Made by a program: the position numbers and the translations under genes. Under the pieces are notes generated by a model, which saw nothing but the letters and a program-made list of their open reading frames with translations, made no database searches and had not been told where the DNA came from. Below, in pieces: positions 47,385 to 56,983 of a stretch of DNA of 64,000 nucleotides. Numbering within the stretch: the stretch's first letter is position 1; the number at the start of each line of letters is the position of its first letter. The stretch lies in assembly GCA_044225365.1 (NCBI GenBank), contig JBGAIQ010000013.1, positions 80,261 to 144,260 of the forward strand, given 5' to 3'. The DNA comes from Planctomycetota bacterium. Its GTDB lineage: Bacteria; Planctomycetota; B15-G4; JADJEK01.

Positions 47385-48488
47385 ATGGCGGAACGGAAGA
47401 TCGAGATCGACCCCGACGTTCGGAAAGCGAGGACGCCTCCGCGCGAGCTCTACTTCGATCCACATTGGTTCGAGGTGCAGCGCGAGCGAGTCTTCCTGCG
47501 CTCCTGGCTCTTCGCGTCTCACGCACAGGGCCTCGAGGGGCCGGGCCGCGTCCGTCCGTTCACGCTGCTGAAGGGTTGCCTCGACGAGCCGCTGCTGCTC
47601 GCTCGCGATACGCACGGCACATTGCGCTGTCTCTCGAACGTCTGCACGCATCGGGGCAACATGATCGTCGAAGGCGAGTGGGAACTCGCGAACCTTCGCT
47701 GTCGATATCACGGCCGGCGATTCCATCTCGACGGGACATTTGCCTACATGCCGTGCTTCGAGGGTGTCGAGCACTTCCCTTCCGATCGCGACTACCTTCC
47801 GAGCGTGCCCGTCGCGGAGTGGCGAAGCGTCCTCTTCACGTCGATGCAGCCCGCAGCGACGTCGAACGAAGTCATCGCTGAAGTCGAGCGTCGCATCGGC
47901 ATGCTCGGCGTCACGGACTGGAAGTTCGATACGAGCTTCGGCCGCGATTACGAGTTCGACGCGAATTGGGCCTTGTATCTCGAGAACTACCTCGAGGGCT
48001 TCCACATCCCATTCATCCACGAGGGACTCACGGCGAAGCTCGACGTGAAGAACTACCGCTACGAGAACTTTGCGCACGGCACGCTGCAGCTCGGACTCGC
48101 GAACGACGACGAGCCCGCGTTCGAACTACCGAAGGGTCATCCGGACTACGGGCAACGCATCGGCGCCTACTACTTCTGGCTGTTCCCGACGACGCTCCTC
48201 AACGTGTACCCGTGGGGCTTGTCGCTCAACGTCCTCGAACCGCTCGGTCCCACGCGCACGCGGGTGAAGTTCCTGCGGTTCGTGACCGACGCGACGAAGC
48301 TCGAACGCGGCGCGGGCGCGGACCTACATCGCGTCGAGATGGAGGACGAGGCCGTCGTCCTCAACACGCAGGTCGGAATGCGGTCGCGCCTGTATCGCGG
48401 CGGGCGTTACTCACCGCAGCACGAAACGGGAACGCATCACTTCCATCGCCTGCTCGCGAGCTGGATGAACGGCGGCGTCGGCGTCTGA
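47385..48488 (+). CDS. Rieske non-heme iron oxygenase alpha subunit (choline monooxygenase-like)
   Basis: NVCTHRG...CRYHG Rieske motif; ENYLEGFHIPFIH and ED iron ligands. Confidence 0.9.
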   Translation: MAERKIEIDPDVRKARTPPRELYFDPHWFEVQRERVFLRSWLFASHAQGLEGPGRVRPFTLLKGCLDEPLLLARDTHGTLRCLSNVCTHRGNMIVEGEWELANLRCRYHGRRFHLDGTFAYMPCFEGVEHFPSDRDYLPSVPVAEWRSVLFTSMQPAATSNEVIAEVERRIGMLGVTDWKFDTSFGRDYEFDANWALYLENYLEGFHIPFIHEGLTAKLDVKNYRYENFAHGTLQLGLANDDEPAFELPKGHPDYGQRIGAYYFWLFPTTLLNVYPWGLSLNVLEPLGPTRTRVKFLRFVTDATKLERGAGADLHRVEMEDEAVVLNTQVGMRSRLYRGGRYSPQHETGTHHFHRLLASWMNGGVGV

Positions 48489-48497
48489 TCGGGGCGG

Positions 48498-48998
48498 TCA
48501 GCGGAAATTTGCGGGCGGGAGTTTTCCGAGTCCCTTGCGCAGCCAGAGGATCTGGCCCGTGTGCTGCGATTCGTGCAGCGCGCATTGAAGGAGCTGATCG
48601 GCGCGCGTTGCGAGATGAGGGAACGACGGCAACACGTTCGCTGGCGGTAGCAGCAGATCGGCGTCCTTGACGACATCGAGCATCGCGAGAGAACGCCCGA
48701 GGGAATCGGCGAGCTTGCCGCGTAGAACATCGAGGGACGGATACTGCGAAGGATCGATCGGGACCGAACCGCGACCGAACTTGCCCTTCCAATCGTCGGG
48801 ATCGTCGATCGCGACGCCGAACGGGAGCGCGAGGCAAAGCCGCAGTTGGGTGTACGCGAGGTGCCCGAGGATCCAGGCCGTGCAGTTGAGGCCCCACTCC
48901 GCTCCGCGGCGGAGTTCGCTTTCATTGAAATCCTCGACGCAGGTCAGCGTGAAAGCGCGAGCGCGTTCAAGGGTGGCGCGGACGAGAGCGATCGACAT
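48498..48998 (-). CDS. DinB family protein
   Basis: NCTAWILGHLA and HESQHTGQI motifs. Confidence 0.85.
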   Translation of the reverse strand: MSIALVRATLERARAFTLTCVEDFNESELRRGAEWGLNCTAWILGHLAYTQLRLCLALPFGVAIDDPDDWKGKFGRGSVPIDPSQYPSLDVLRGKLADSLGRSLAMLDVVKDADLLLPPANVLPSFPHLATRADQLLQCALHESQHTGQILWLRKGLGKLPPANFR

Positions 48999-49029
48999 GG
49001 TCCACCTCGCGAAGGTGGTGAGACTGAAA

Positions 49030-49185
49030 AAGAGTCCACGATTATCATAGGTACCGAGGCCGAGCGAGAAGTGCGCAGGCGAGGAGGATCGACGAGGCGA
49101 CTCAGGAAGAAGAGTCGGCGAGGAGATCCGACGATGCATGCGCGCTTCGCAGCCGGCCGCAGGCCTAACAGAATCGTGGACTCTT
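49030..49185. repeat. Long imperfect hairpin element (MITE-like or structured RNA)
   Basis: Perfect terminal IR AAGAGTCCACGATT / AATCGTGGACTCTT; pairing continues inward to CGACTC-AGGAAGAA-GAGTCG. Confidence 0.75.
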
Positions 49186-49187
49186 AT

Positions 49188-49694
49188 TTAGAACCTGTCG
49201 GGCGGGAATTGCAGCGCCGGCTCGGCCAATTCTGGCGCGTTCGAATCCGGCGCGAAGATGCTGGAGAGCGTCTTCGCGCGGAACTCGAAGATGCGCGCGA
49301 GATCGGGGGCGACGAGCAGCCGATTCACGAGCGCTCCTCCGAGGACCTGGTAGCGCACGTGATCGATCACGCGCGTCCACTCGCCCTCTGCGATGAAGCG
49401 ATGCTCGTGTTCCCACATCTGATACGGGCCCTTCAACTGGACGTCCACGAAGCGGAACGGCGGTTCGTAGACCGTGATCTCGGACGTCCAGCGCATCGGC
49501 AGGCCGCGCAGGCGTATCCTGTAGTCGATGCGTTGTCCCACGCGCATGGCGATCGGCCGCGGCGTGAGGATCGAGAACCCGAGGAACCGGGGGGTGAGGC
49601 GCTCCAGGTTCTCCGGAGACGCGAAGAATGGAAATACCTGGTCGATCGGCGCTTCCAGGACTTGCTCGCGGTGGATCTCGAAGGTTGGAGACAT
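49188..49694 (-). CDS. SRPBCC family protein
   Basis: VFPFFASPENLERLTP, FVDVQLKGPYQMWEHEHRF, IFEFR. Confidence 0.9.
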   Translation of the reverse strand: MSPTFEIHREQVLEAPIDQVFPFFASPENLERLTPRFLGFSILTPRPIAMRVGQRIDYRIRLRGLPMRWTSEITVYEPPFRFVDVQLKGPYQMWEHEHRFIAEGEWTRVIDHVRYQVLGGALVNRLLVAPDLARIFEFRAKTLSSIFAPDSNAPELAEPALQFPPDRF

Positions 49695-49796
49695 CGTCGT
49701 CGCCTCATCGTTTCGTAAGGGTCGTCGATTCGCGGACGATCTCGAACCGGATGCACCTCTCTCGTCAACTTCGGCCCTTGAAGGTACGTTGCTCCC

Positions 49797-51053
49797 ATGC
49801 GATTTCGCGCTCTCTGCTTCGTCCTCGTCCCGCTTCTCGTCGGTTGCGCCACCAACAGTCCCGGCCATTTCGCCGACCGGCCCCTCAGCGCCGACGCCCC
49901 GCTCGTGCGGTACATGCTGGCGTGCAAGCCGAACGCCACGGCCGAGGACTCGATACGGGACAAGGAGCTCGAAGCGAGCGCCATGCAGCAACTCGAGGAT
50001 CTCGTCGAAGCGGCCGCGAGCCGCATCGCCGGCGAGAAGCTCGACTATCCGTCGGCCGAACTCGGGGACTTCGATTTCATCGTCGAGGTCGACCGGCGCG
50101 GGTCGAGTGAGTACGAGGAGTGGTTCTACAGCGCGTTCTATCCCGAGGACGTCGGCTACGGAGCGAAGTACCTGTTCGATCACGCGGGCCTCGAGAAAGG
50201 CTTCGATTCCATCGACAAGGCCGAAGCCTCGGAACTCGCCGAGATCATCGATGCCTACGTGCTCGGCGAGGCCGTACTCGAGAAGACCGAGCCGCGAGTG
50301 CGAGAACTCGAAGCCAAGATCCGCGAGGAACTCGGGATCGACGAAGCGGCGTGGTTCGCGAACGAGAAGCGCTTCGACTCCGCCGTGGACTGGCTCGGCG
50401 CGTTCACCGAGCCGGCATCGAACTGGCCGTTCTCGCATTGCCGGATCGAGATCCCGCGCGGCATGTTCGCGGGCACGCTGGTCGAACTCCTTCAGACCTA
50501 CGGCCACGAGCTGCTGCACTGTCGGATCGGTGACTTCGATACGAGGAGCGAGGATCAGCGCACGATCGAGGAGACTTCCTGCGAGGTCTTCGGTGCGCGT
50601 GTCGTCGCCGAGTTGAAGAAGGAAGGCCGCTTGCCGATGGCCGTACTGAACAGCATCGACGCCGACGAGGAGAGCGCCGACGATTCCGACGCGGGCGAAG
50701 CCGAGACGAGCGCGCCCGCCGATTCCGTCAGCATGCCGATGGAGGACACCGCCGCGCTCGAGGCCGAATTCTCCCGCCTGAAGCTGCTCTATCGCCATCA
50801 GGACATCGAGTTCGCCTGCTGGCAGAAGACGCAGGAGCGCTACGGACACGAGGAGAAGAAGGCGACACCGCGGGAATCGACGTCCGATCAGATCGCATAC
50901 CTGATGGATCGCATGACCCTGGCCGACTACGTCGCGCTCATTCCGGAAATGACGAAGCTCGGGGATCTGTCGCGCCTCTGCGCCGAGGCTCGCATGGCGG
51001 GCCGTCTCTCGCTCGCCCAGGCCCGCCGCCTCCTGGCTCCTCGACCGCAGTGA
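49797..51053 (+). CDS. Hypothetical lipoprotein with HExxH motif
   Basis: Lipobox LVGC; GHELLH followed by EETSCE. Confidence 0.65.
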   Translation: MRFRALCFVLVPLLVGCATNSPGHFADRPLSADAPLVRYMLACKPNATAEDSIRDKELEASAMQQLEDLVEAAASRIAGEKLDYPSAELGDFDFIVEVDRRGSSEYEEWFYSAFYPEDVGYGAKYLFDHAGLEKGFDSIDKAEASELAEIIDAYVLGEAVLEKTEPRVRELEAKIREELGIDEAAWFANEKRFDSAVDWLGAFTEPASNWPFSHCRIEIPRGMFAGTLVELLQTYGHELLHCRIGDFDTRSEDQRTIEETSCEVFGARVVAELKKEGRLPMAVLNSIDADEESADDSDAGEAETSAPADSVSMPMEDTAALEAEFSRLKLLYRHQDIEFACWQKTQERYGHEEKKATPRESTSDQIAYLMDRMTLADYVALIPEMTKLGDLSRLCAEARMAGRLSLAQARRLLAPRPQ

Positions 51054-51057
51054 GCGG

Positions 51058-53409
51058 TCACCGACGCGCCGTTCTCGAGGACGAACGCGCGGCCCGTTCT
51101 CCCATCGGGAAGCCGCGCCATGGATCACGACCCTTCGCGCGGCGCATCGCGTCCGCGAGGGAGACGGAGTCGGGCTTCATGCGCGGGCCAAGTTCGGTCC
51201 AGGCGATCGGCACCGCGACGGACGCGCCTTCGCGGGCGCGCGGCGAATACGGAGCGATCGCAGTCGCTCCGCGACCGTTCCTCAGGTAGTCGATGAAGAT
51301 GCGGCCTTTGCGCTCGCTCTTTCGAGGATTCGTCGTGAGACGCTTCGGATTCGTCGCCGCGAACTCGTCGGAGATCGCCTTCGCGACGCGCTTGTGCGTA
51401 TCCCAATCGTGATCCGGATCGTTCGGTACCACGACATGCACGCCCTTGCCCCCCGTCAGCTTGGCGAAGGCGCGAAGGCCTTTCTTCTCGAGAAGGCCGC
51501 GCAGGGACTTCGCCGTCGCCACGACCTCGGTCCACGGCACGTCGTCGCCGGGATCGAGGTCGAACACCATGACGTCGGGCCGTTCCAGGTCGGAGAGCTT
51601 GGAGCCCCAGACGTGGATCTCGAGCACGCCGAGCTGGACGAGCGCTGCGAGTTCATCGGCGTCGTTCACCGTCACGAGTTCCTCGCCCGCGAGATGTTTC
51701 TGATAGAAGCACTTCTTGCTGCCACCGCCCACTCCGTCCGGGCATCGCACGAGCGCGAGCGGCCGCCCCGCGACGTAGGGAAGCATGCGAGGCGCGACGG
51801 CCCGGAGGTACGCGGCGACGTCGGCCTTCGTCGTCCCGCTCGCGGGATACAGGATCTTGTCGGGATGCGTGAGCGACGCGTCGGTCCGAGGCTTCACGGC
51901 GGAGATCGGCATCTCTCGGACCACCGAGCGCGTGTCCTTGTCCTCACGGACGCCTTGGAACGACGGATGCCGAAGCGCGCCGTCGCGCGTCCACTCGGTG
52001 AAAGCGACCTCACAAACGAGCCTCGGCTGCGTCCAATGCACGCCGGACGAGCGCGGAGCCTTCGCGAAGGGACATTTCGGCGTCACGAGGGGACGGAGTC
52101 GGGACTTCAGATCGCGGATCGACGCCTCGTCGAAGCCCGTTCCCACCCTTCCGCAGTAGACGAAGGCATCGTCCTGGAAGACGCCGACGAGCAGGGCGCC
52201 GAATCCTTGCCGGGAGCCCTTGGGATCGGTGAAGCCCCCGATCACGAACTCCTGACGCCGGGTGCACTTCGACTTCTGCCAATCGGTGCTTCGACCCTCG
52301 CGATACGGTGACGTTGCGAGTTTCGAAACGATGCCTTCGAGCCCGAGTTTGCACGCTTGGCGAAACGTCTCCGCACCACGTCCCACGATGTGGTCCGAGT
52401 AACGGATCGGGCCGTTCTTCTTCTGCTTGCAGATCCGCGCCACCGCTTCCTTGCGTTCGAGGAGTGGCCGCGAACGCACGTCCTTCCCATCCAGTCGGAG
52501 GAGATCGAACGCGAAGTAGATCGGCGAGGGAGAACTCGCGGGCTCCTCGGAGAGAGTTGCTTGAAGGAGTTGGAAGTCGCTGCGACCGGAATCATCGAGC
52601 GCCACGATCTCCCCATCGAGGACCGCGTCGCGGAGGCCGATCGCTTCCGCCGCCTTCGCGAGGGTCGGGAACTTGCTCGTCCAGTCGTGGCCGCCGCGAG
52701 TGAGGATCCGGCAGCGACCCTTCGAGACGTCGAAGAGCGCGCGATAGCCGTCCAACTTCGTTTCGTGGATCCAGTCCTCTCCCGCGGGCGGAGTCGACAC
52801 CAGCGTGGCGAGCTGGACGGTGGCCGCAGAATCGTCGCGCCGCTTACCGTGCCGTTGCCACGGACGAGGCGAACGTGCGGCGGGGGCGACTTCGCCAGGC
52901 GCGTGTTCGACACCTTCGGCGCGATCGTCACGACCCTTGATGAGCAGCCAGTTGGATTTCGCTCCCGCCGAATCGCGAAGTCGTTCGAGGTGGAATCGAC
53001 CCTTCAGTCGCTTTCCCGCGAGGGAGAAGCGGAGGTGTCCTTTTGCGATGTCGGTCCTCGGATCTCCCTCGGGTTGCCAGGTGCCGCGATCCCAGATCTC
53101 GACTTTGCCCGCGCCGTAATGGCCCATCGGAATCGTTCCTTCGAAGCCACCGTAGTCGAGCGGATGGTCCTCCGTGCGGACGGCGAGGCGTCGGTCCTTG
53201 GGGTCGAGGCTCGGACCCTTCGGGATCGCCCAACTCCACAGAACGCCATCGTGCTCGAGACGGAAATCGTAGTGAAGTCGCTTCGCGGCGTGCTTCTGCA
53301 CGACGAAGGTCAGCGCCTTCGTTCCCTTTCCGCGTCGTGTGGCGCGACCCGAAGGCTCCGGAGTGGCCTTGAAATCGCGCTTCTCGCGGTAGTGCTTCAG
53401 GGACGCCAT
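51058..53409 (-). CDS. ligD: DNA ligase D (phosphoesterase-ligase-polymerase)
   Basis: YREKRDF..TPEP, QKHAAKRLHYDFRLE, ETKLDGYR, EGIVSK, FDLDPG, IFIDYLRN. Confidence 0.95.
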   Translation of the reverse strand: MASLKHYREKRDFKATPEPSGRATRRGKGTKALTFVVQKHAAKRLHYDFRLEHDGVLWSWAIPKGPSLDPKDRRLAVRTEDHPLDYGGFEGTIPMGHYGAGKVEIWDRGTWQPEGDPRTDIAKGHLRFSLAGKRLKGRFHLERLRDSAGAKSNWLLIKGRDDRAEGVEHAPGEVAPAARSPRPWQRHGKRRDDSAATVQLATLVSTPPAGEDWIHETKLDGYRALFDVSKGRCRILTRGGHDWTSKFPTLAKAAEAIGLRDAVLDGEIVALDDSGRSDFQLLQATLSEEPASSPSPIYFAFDLLRLDGKDVRSRPLLERKEAVARICKQKKNGPIRYSDHIVGRGAETFRQACKLGLEGIVSKLATSPYREGRSTDWQKSKCTRRQEFVIGGFTDPKGSRQGFGALLVGVFQDDAFVYCGRVGTGFDEASIRDLKSRLRPLVTPKCPFAKAPRSSGVHWTQPRLVCEVAFTEWTRDGALRHPSFQGVREDKDTRSVVREMPISAVKPRTDASLTHPDKILYPASGTTKADVAAYLRAVAPRMLPYVAGRPLALVRCPDGVGGGSKKCFYQKHLAGEELVTVNDADELAALVQLGVLEIHVWGSKLSDLERPDVMVFDLDPGDDVPWTEVVATAKSLRGLLEKKGLRAFAKLTGGKGVHVVVPNDPDHDWDTHKRVAKAISDEFAATNPKRLTTNPRKSERKGRIFIDYLRNGRGATAIAPYSPRAREGASVAVPIAWTELGPRMKPDSVSLADAMRRAKGRDPWRGFPMGERAARSSSRTARR

Positions 53410-53412
53410 CGA

Positions 53413-54261
53413 TCAAGCTCCCTTGCGACCGCGGATCCCGCGAGGCTTCTGCGAAGTCGGCGCGGCACGGCGGTCGAGGCTCTGCTTCAGCACATCCATG
53501 AGATTGATGACCCGACCCGTCTTCACCGGTGTGACCGGGGCGGCGCGCTTCCCGCGGGCTCCCCGCGATTTGGAGCGCGCCTTCGCTTCGAGCCACGTTC
53601 GCAATTGATCGCGGTACTCGTCGCGATACGCATCGGGGCGGAACTTCGAGGTCATCTCGGTGAGGAGCTTTCGCGCGAGCGCCTTCTCGCGCTCGGAGAG
53701 CTTGATCTTCTGGAGTTCCTTCAGATCGATGTCGGCCGATTGGGGAGACGTGAGCTCGGAATCGAATCGAAGCAGTTCGAGAACGAGCGCGGAGTCTCGC
53801 GACAGCACGCAGGCGAGGTGTTGCCGATGGCTCAGCACGACGGTCGCGATCCCCACCTTGCCCGACTCCTCGAGCGTCGCGGAGAGCAATCGATAGGGCT
53901 TCTCGCCCTTGGCCTGTGGCGTCAACCAGTAGGGCCGGTCGAACATCTGCGGCGGGATCTCGGAGATCTCGACGAAGTCGACGATGTCGATCGTTTGCGT
54001 GGCCTTCGGGTTGGCGTTCTCCAGATCTTCCGGCGCGAGCAGGACGAATTCTCCTTTCGCGTACTCGAAGCCCTTCACGATCGCGGAGGCCGGCACTTCC
54101 TCGCCGGTGTTCTTGTTGATCTTCCGGTATCCGATCGGCGCGCGATCCCGCTTGTCGAGCAAGCTGAAGCTGAGATCGTTCGCCTTCTCGCCGGGATGCA
54201 ACGCGACGGGGATCGAGACCATGCCAAAGGTGACGTGGCCCTTCCAGATGATGTGCGACAT
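53413..54261 (-). CDS. ku: NHEJ protein Ku
   Basis: IWKGHVTFGMVSIPV, IVKGFEY, YRDEYR, VINLMDVLKQSL; GGAGG RBS. Confidence 0.95.
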   Translation of the reverse strand: MSHIIWKGHVTFGMVSIPVALHPGEKANDLSFSLLDKRDRAPIGYRKINKNTGEEVPASAIVKGFEYAKGEFVLLAPEDLENANPKATQTIDIVDFVEISEIPPQMFDRPYWLTPQAKGEKPYRLLSATLEESGKVGIATVVLSHRQHLACVLSRDSALVLELLRFDSELTSPQSADIDLKELQKIKLSEREKALARKLLTEMTSKFRPDAYRDEYRDQLRTWLEAKARSKSRGARGKRAAPVTPVKTGRVINLMDVLKQSLDRRAAPTSQKPRGIRGRKGA

Positions 54262-54285
54262 GTGCGCCTCCAAGCCGGGGCTCGG

Positions 54286-54301
54286 AGCAATGCGGATGCC
54301 C
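54286..54301 (-). promoter_or_regulatory. Putative sigma54 promoter for ku-ligD
   Basis: Minus strand GGGCATCCGCATTGCT: GG-N10-GC with TTGC, about 25 nt before the ku start. Confidence 0.6.
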
Positions 54302-54502
54302 ATTCGCATCGATGCGCCGCGGGAACAAAAGGCATCGATCGACGCCGAGCGGCGCGACGAACGCCTCGAAATGCGATCCGCATGCTGCGTGGCGCGTGAG
54401 AAGGGACGAGCTCGCGACGTCGATTTGTAGAAACCCATCCGCGCGCACGGCGAATCGAGGGCGTTCAACGCCGGAACAGCGAGCTTTCATGCTCACCCGA
54501 CC

Positions 54503-54518
54503 GGGCATTCGAATTGCA
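54503..54518 (+). promoter_or_regulatory. Putative sigma54 promoter for the Gfo/Idh/MocA gene
   Basis: GGGCATTCGAATTGCA: GG-N10-GC with TTGC; predicted TSS falls at or next to ATG 54530. Confidence 0.55.
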
Positions 54519-54529
54519 ATGCGAGCGAC

Positions 54530-55642
54530 ATGACGCGCACTCGCTCGAAGAAGCCGATTCGTTACGCCGTCGTCGGCCTCGGCCACATCGCTCAGACGGC
54601 CGTGCTGCCCGCCTTCGCCCATTCGAAGTCGAACTCTCGACTCGTCGCCATGTTCTCGGGCGATGCGAAGAAGCGGCGGCTGCTGTCGCAGCGATATCAC
54701 GTCGACGCGTATGCCTACGAGGACTACGAGAACGTCCTGTCGAGCGGCGACGTCGATGCGGTCTACATCTGCCTTCCGAACCATCTCCACGCGGAGTACA
54801 CGATCAGCGCGGCGAAACGCGGCGTGCACGTGCTCTGCGAGAAGCCGATGGCCGTCGACTCGAGAGAGTGCGCCGCGATGATCGCGGAGTGCGCGCAGCA
54901 CAAAGTGAAGTTGATGATCGCGTATCGGCTGCACTTCAACGACGCCACGTTGCTCGCGATGCGAACCGGTCGTTCGGGTCGACTCGGGGACCTGCGCTTC
55001 TTCTACTCCGCGTTCTCGATGCAGGTCCGGTCGCCGAACATTCGAATCGAGAAGGCGAAGGGAGGCGGCCCGATGCACGACATCGGGATCTACTGCATCA
55101 ACGCGGCTCGCATGATGTTCGGTGCCGAGCCCATCGAGGTCGTGGCGATCGCCTTCGAGGGACGCGACGAGCGATTCGCCGAGGTGAACGAATCGATCAG
55201 CGCGATTCTCCGCTTTCCCGAAGGTCGCTCCGCCGCGTTCACCGTGAGCTTCGGCGCCACGGATTCGTCGATCTACGAGATCGTGGGGACGAAGGGGCGG
55301 CTGCGCGTGGAACCGGCGTACGACTATTCCGAGGGCCTCGCCCACGTACTCACCAAGAACGGACGCGAGAAGAAGCGACGCTTCCCCAAACAGGATCAGT
55401 TCAGCGCGGAGATCACGAAGTTCTCGAACTGCATTCTGGATTCGGTCGAACCCGAGCCCTCGGGAACGGAGGGATGCAACGACGTGCGAATCATCGAGGC
55501 GATCTTCGAGTCCATCTGGACGAGCAAGTGCGTCGCGCTCGATCTTGCGCCCGACAAGGATGCTCGAGGGCAGCGCGCCGTGAGGCGAGCGCCGGTCTCG
55601 AAGGTCACGGGGGTGAACGTCCAATCCCCGTCGCTCGAATGA
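54530..55642 (+). CDS. Gfo/Idh/MocA family oxidoreductase
   Basis: AVVGLGHIA, HVLCEKPMA, GGGPMHDIGIYC. Confidence 0.92.
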   Translation: MTRTRSKKPIRYAVVGLGHIAQTAVLPAFAHSKSNSRLVAMFSGDAKKRRLLSQRYHVDAYAYEDYENVLSSGDVDAVYICLPNHLHAEYTISAAKRGVHVLCEKPMAVDSRECAAMIAECAQHKVKLMIAYRLHFNDATLLAMRTGRSGRLGDLRFFYSAFSMQVRSPNIRIEKAKGGGPMHDIGIYCINAARMMFGAEPIEVVAIAFEGRDERFAEVNESISAILRFPEGRSAAFTVSFGATDSSIYEIVGTKGRLRVEPAYDYSEGLAHVLTKNGREKKRRFPKQDQFSAEITKFSNCILDSVEPEPSGTEGCNDVRIIEAIFESIWTSKCVALDLAPDKDARGQRAVRRAPVSKVTGVNVQSPSLE

Positions 55643-55992
55643 GGAAGTCGATGCTGCGATGGGCGCCGATCCTGCTCGGGATCATCGCATGCTCTTCCAT
55701 GTTCGTGATGGGCGGGCCCGGGAGTTCCGTCGGCTCCCTCGTCGCGACGATCGTCGTCCTGATCCTGCTCGCAGCGTTCGTCCTCGAGGCGGCCGGCGGC
55801 TTTCTCGGTCGACATCGAAGGGGGCGCGTCGGGAAAGACGACGACCCGCCCGATTCACCCAAACCATCGAACCCGCCCGAGTCGCCCCACTCAGCGGGCG
55901 ACGGGTCCGACGCCGATGGGGGACCCGTCAGCGCAGTTCGTCCATCGCTTCGCGCAGGCAATCGGGGCTCGGACGCACCATCGCGTCCGTGA
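55639..55992 (+). CDS. Small two-TM membrane protein
   Basis: ATGA overlap with the upstream stop; two hydrophobic segments and a Pro-rich tail that overlaps the convergent gene. Confidence 0.45.
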   Translation: MRKSMLRWAPILLGIIACSSMFVMGGPGSSVGSLVATIVVLILLAAFVLEAAGGFLGRHRRGRVGKDDDPPDSPKPSNPPESPHSAGDGSDADGGPVSAVRPSLRAGNRGSDAPSRP

Positions 55993-56983
55993 GGCGCGAG
56001 AGCGGCGTGTCGACCATTCCGAGTTGGCGATCGATCGCGACCGACTCGGGATTCACGTAGAGCAGACCGGTGACGATCTTCTTCTCGTTGCGCGCCTTGT
56101 TGCACACGCGCAGGGCATTCATGCGATCGGTCGGATCGTAGTCCTCGCCGAGCTTGGTGAGCGTGAGGTGCGAACCGTCCGGCATCTTCACGTCGCGCGT
56201 GGTGCCGGGCGCGTAGTCGACCGTGACCTGTTCGGCTTCGGGGACGAACCCGATCTGGTGCAGCACCCAGTCGTTGGCGCGTGCGTAGTCGTAGCTCTTC
56301 GTCGAGCCGGCGTGGTCGTTGAACGTCACGCAGGGGGAGATGACGTCGAGTAGCGCGGTGCCGCGGTGCTTGATCGCAGCTTCGATGAGCGGGACGAGCT
56401 GCTTCTTGTCGCCGGAGAACGAGCGGGCGACGAAATCGCAGCCGAGCTCGACGGCGAGCGCGCAGCAGTCGATCGCTTCCATTTCGTTGCGATCGCCGTG
56501 CTTCAGCGTCGAGTCCTTGTCCGCCGTCGCCGAGAACTGACCCTTGGTGAGGCCGTACACGCCATTGTTCTCGATGATGTAGACCATGCGGACGTTGCGG
56601 CGCAGCAAGTGAACGAACTGGCCCATGCCGATCGAGGCCGTGTCGCCGTCGCCGGACACGCCGATCAGATGGAGCGAGCGGTTCGCGAGGCCAGCGCCCG
56701 TCGCGACGGCGGGCATGCGGCCGTGGACGCTGTTGAAGCCGAACGCCTGGCCGAGGAAGTAGGCCGGGGTCTTCGAGGAGCAGCCGATGCCGGACATCTT
56801 CGCGACGGTCTTCGCGTCGATACCGAGTTCGAAGTATGCCTGCTGGATCGCGCCCGAGATCGCGTCGTGGCCGCAGCCGGCGCAGAGCGTCGACTTGCCG
56901 CCGCGATAGTCCTGCAGGACGAGGCCGAGTTTGTTCTTCTTGACGACGGTCGCGGAGCCGCCGGATTCGACTTCTTCGCTCAT
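55928..56983 (-). CDS. 2-oxoacid:ferredoxin oxidoreductase beta subunit
   Basis: LCAGCGH, SGIGCSSK, VHGR, GDGD TPP motif, NGVYGLTKGQ, SPCVTFN. Confidence 0.95.
   Translation of the reverse strand: MSEEVESGGSATVVKKNKLGLVLQDYRGGKSTLCAGCGHDAISGAIQQAYFELGIDAKTVAKMSGIGCSSKTPAYFLGQAFGFNSVHGRMPAVATGAGLANRSLHLIGVSGDGDTASIGMGQFVHLLRRNVRMVYIIENNGVYGLTKGQFSATADKDSTLKHGDRNEMEAIDCCALAVELGCDFVARSFSGDKKQLVPLIEAAIKHRGTALLDVISPCVTFNDHAGSTKSYDYARANDWVLHQIGFVPEAEQVTVDYAPGTTRDVKMPDGSHLTLTKLGEDYDPTDRMNALRVCNKARNEKKIVTGLLYVNPESVAIDRQLGMVDTPLSRLTDAMVRPSPDCLREAMDELR

Noticed and set aside
51058-54261. Ku-LigD as a novel system
   Set aside because: Canonical bacterial NHEJ; only its putative promoter is noteworthy.
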